DNA from: Bugula neritina
Lineage: Eukaryota; Animalia; Bryozoa
Length of the DNA: 64,000 bases
Direction of reading: 5' to 3'
Assembly: GCA_964035545.1 (NCBI GenBank)
Contig: OZ037772.1
Coordinates: 4,716,233 to 4,780,232, forward strand
The first letter of the stretch is position 1. Every line of letters begins with the position of its first letter. Shown one piece after another: positions 60,651 through 64,000 of the stretch. The translations under genes and the position numbers were made by a program. Under the pieces are notes generated by a model, which saw only the letters and a list, made by a program, of their open reading frames with translations, did no database searches and was not told where the DNA came from.

Positions 60651-61459
60651 GCAGCCAGATGTCTCCAACTTGATATCTACAGTGTGTGACAAACTTGCAA
60701 CATTTAAAAAAGTTATACCAATCGAATGTTGAATGCTCTTCAGAGAAATACAATTCTCATTAGTTTACATTGAATTTTTTTGTGAAAATTGTGCAAAAAA
60801 TAAGTTTTTTGAAAAAGAAATAAATGATGCACATTAGTAAATACATTAATTATTGCATGTCTCAACGATGAGTGGTTTGTTTGTAATAGAGTTGTAGCTC
60901 TTCTACTGTCAAGCATTGCAGACTGTGGTTTATAATTAAAGTCTTAGTTTTATATTGTTCTTATGCTTGAGACGTACTTCGAATTGTTGCATGTGATAGT
61001 GATTGGCACATGTAATTAGCCATCTCCTATTGTAATTAGTTCAGTGGTTAAACATGAGTTGATCATGCTTATCTCTCTTGACACTTTGAAAAGTGTTTTA
61101 ATTTAAATATGATCAATTTTCTTTCAAGTGCCAGGTTATGATTTTAAGGAAAGCTAAATAAAGAAAGTTATTTTTATTGAAAGTTATTCAACCAGGCTCA
61201 AAATGAAACCCTTTGTAAACTCAATTAGATGACAGCTGCGAAAGTAAACGCTTTCTGAATTGATATACCGTTTTCCCAGCTCATACAAACTTTCTATTAA
61301 TATGGATCTTTTATTTATTATTGTGATGTTGCCTTATGCAGGTTTAAGCTTTTTATGCTCCCTAGCAGAATAATATATAATAATTATTAATAAAAGCATC
61401 ACTGATATAGATCAAGTCTGCATTCTAAGTAGTGTGAGGGAAAAGACTATGAAGCTGTT

Positions 61460-63879
61460 TCACAGGTCAGCTCGGCATAATCTTGCTGCCATTGATTTCA
61501 GCATTTCTCCAGATGATGTCAGGATAGCATTGGGCTCACCATTGATCTCTTGTATGGGTAAATCTGTATTGCCATCTGACTCATGGGCAGATCTCCTGTG
61601 TTTCACCAAGTACTCCTGTATCGGATACATAACTATATCCTCTCGTAGGATTAAACAAAGGAAGATACTTACTTCATAAGCACACTTTGCCTTTGCGTAG
61701 GCCTAAGCATAAAATGTCAGCCATTTTTAATGTGTCAGGGCAAAAGTTATCAAAGTCCGCTATTGGGTAAAATCTATGACACCTCATTCGACATTTATAT
61801 CCAATAAGTTGATGCAAACATCTCCCTGTTGAATAGGGGAGCAGCAGAACTTTTTTTAGTCAAACAGTGCTTGATCCTGATGTACCGTACAATGTCGTAC
61901 AGGAAGTTAGAACTATATAAAAAATAGCTCACATTTGCTGTTATAGCTTACGTTATGGCAAAGTGTGTCTAGGGGATCAGATTGCTGCATATCTGAGCTC
62001 ATAGTGTAATCATCACAAGAAAGCAATAAAATATATATTTCATTTATTATGCAACACGCATAGTTGATTTTTACAATACATATAATTCATAACATCTAGT
62101 ATGTATAAATGGATATTTTATATGCGTCAAGTATCATATCTAGTGTGTTACTCTGTAATGTTTATAGGATGTAACTTATAATTTTCAGTAAGTCCATCTG
62201 TAATAAAATTTGTGTAGCAGTAGTTTAATTATGCCAAAACATGTCATCCTATACAAAATTTCAGCTTATCAAATTATTTCTTTTTGTTAAAGAAAATATT
62301 TTGTGGTTTTGCTACACAGCACTGCAATAGCATTTTTTTTGCTACATTTGCTGGGCGTCACTTACACATGCAAAAAATCAATTGAATTAAATGTTCAATA
62401 AAAATTTTGAAATGGTACAAGATTGAGTCACACATATAAACATATTGCTTACCGCAAAAAAAAAAACTTTTATTTCAACATGTTCTCAAATAACAAGAAT
62501 TTTATTCGAATGGTGGATAGAGTGGTAAAAATACACATCTATCTATATGCAGAGCAACTCTCAGCATACATAAAAACAAATTCCGAGATAACTTTCTATA
62601 GACATACGCTATGCTAGAAACTATTCCTAAGTTCATAAATATGTAGCTGTGATATTTTTTTAAACATACCCATCCGCCATGTTGCTGTAGCCATAAGTCT
62701 AAATTCTTGACTCTGAAATACTCGGTGCACCATTCAACCAGCTCAGCTATTCTGCCCATGTAGCCAAACTCAAAGGCGCTGTGGCACAACACATGGGTGT
62801 ATATTACAGTCTAAAATACATGATGGTAATATAGCATAACATTACAGCATAAAATGATGGTAATATAGCATAAACCATCTTCTTCAATAATGTAATATAT
62901 CAAACTGTTCTGTAAATTGACACTCTATAGAAATGACATTTGATAAAAAATATTATTAATAAACACAATAGACTATATGTGTTTTAATATTCTAAGCATA
63001 TCTGCATATTTTAGATTGTATATTCTTCTGCATATATTGTATGAGTTTACCTTGCTTTGCATATTATATTGTATTCGACATAATGATGTGTGAACAATAA
63101 ACCATAATCATTATACACGTATATATAGGTGTTGGTAGCCTTTGAAAATCTTCCAAAATAATTGAATTTCACTGTTTATAAATACCTCTTCATTGCAGTT
63201 CTTTTGTAAGCAATAATATTTAAAAGACCGCCATATGAAATTATTTTAATTTTAATATAGAGTTGACTCCTAATACTGTATTTCTTTTACATGGATAGTT
63301 ACTCTGAGGTCATATCCTTGCAGAACAAAATGGCAATGATGTAAAAAAGTTTATCTGCTAAAATACATCATATACTAGTCTACTATAAGTAGTTATTTGA
63401 TGACTATAGATGTGCTCACTGTTTATTTAACAATATGAAAAGCAAAAACTATGTATGTATCCAAATAGGAATTGGGTTTGTATTATTGCATAACTACAAA
63501 GTATGTTAAATAACATATATACTGACAGGAGTTTTGATTCTTCCTTTGCAGTGTTATAACCAGCATTTGTCGATTTAGCTTATTTATTTATAACAACACC
63601 TTGCAGCCTAATTGATTGAAGTATGAAAAACACTCCACAATGACAACTATTGCTAAGCGCATATACTTACAAGGTGTTCATCTAAAATGTATTACTGCAA
63701 GCTAGAAGTACTAACTATTAGAATCTTGCCCCATGTTATGCAGCCTCCACAGAACAATTTGTCCAAAGGTATTTTGTAGAGTTTCCATGCTTGCTGAGCG
63801 GGCAGAGAGGGAGGTATTGTGCTCGTCATATGAGAGAATCTATTTCCCACCAGGAGGTCATCTCCCACTAAGCTTATTT
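61460..63879 (-). CDS. Bcl-2 family protein C, Bok/Bax-like (5' exons beyond the window end)
   Basis: Exons 63879-63716 (BH3 ISLVGDDL; BH1 KLFCGGCITWGKIL), 62810-62670 (BH2 LWLQQHGGW), 61615-61460 (EYLVKHRR...CRADL*). Phases 1,0,0 match genes A and B. TWGK in BH1 is the Bok-type variant of NWGR. Confidence 0.85.
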
Positions 63880-64000
63880 CTGAATAATTTAGTCACAAAC
63901 ATAATTATAATGATCATCCAGTGACAAGTGCTATCTCCTTTTCTCATACTGCATAAACTGGTCTAATTTAGGGTAATTTGACACAAATTTTTGAACCTAA

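Overview
AT-rich (roughly one-third GC by eye), intron-containing animal genomic DNA, probably from a marine invertebrate (inference; no prokaryotic features, no CRISPR array). Manual splicing recovers eight host genes that the ORF track shows only as fragments or misses. (1) Two divergently oriented secreted PAN/Apple + F-type-lectin-fold paralogs (49-3407 -, 39310-42220 +), both lacking the fucose-binding His. (2) A two-exon orphan Arg/Gly-rich secreted peptide precursor (15089-16258 -). (3) A secreted four-Sushi/CCP protein with a strongly cationic first domain (27177-29935 -), whose signal-peptide exon resembles that of the orphan peptide. (4) An intronless sulfotransferase-like gene with an apparent premature TAG (45692-47077 +). 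(5) A cluster of three divergent Bcl-2-family genes (48092-55326 -, 55517-60650 +, 61460->63879 -): two are head-to-head with start codons 190 bp apart and degenerate BH1/BH3 motifs, the third is Bok-like, and two lack a C-terminal membrane anchor. A young, full-length Mag-like Ty3/Gypsy LTR retrotransposon sits in intron 1 of the first Bcl-2-like gene. A 46-bp minisatellite built from a 3' splice site places about 17 decoy acceptors before the BH2 exon of the second. The rest is a mosaic of local duplications (about 5.2-26.6 kb), tRNA-derived SINEs with TSDs, MITEs, minisatellites and microsatellites. All gene models are hand-derived from GT-AG sites, intron phase and motif continuity; none is transcript-verified.
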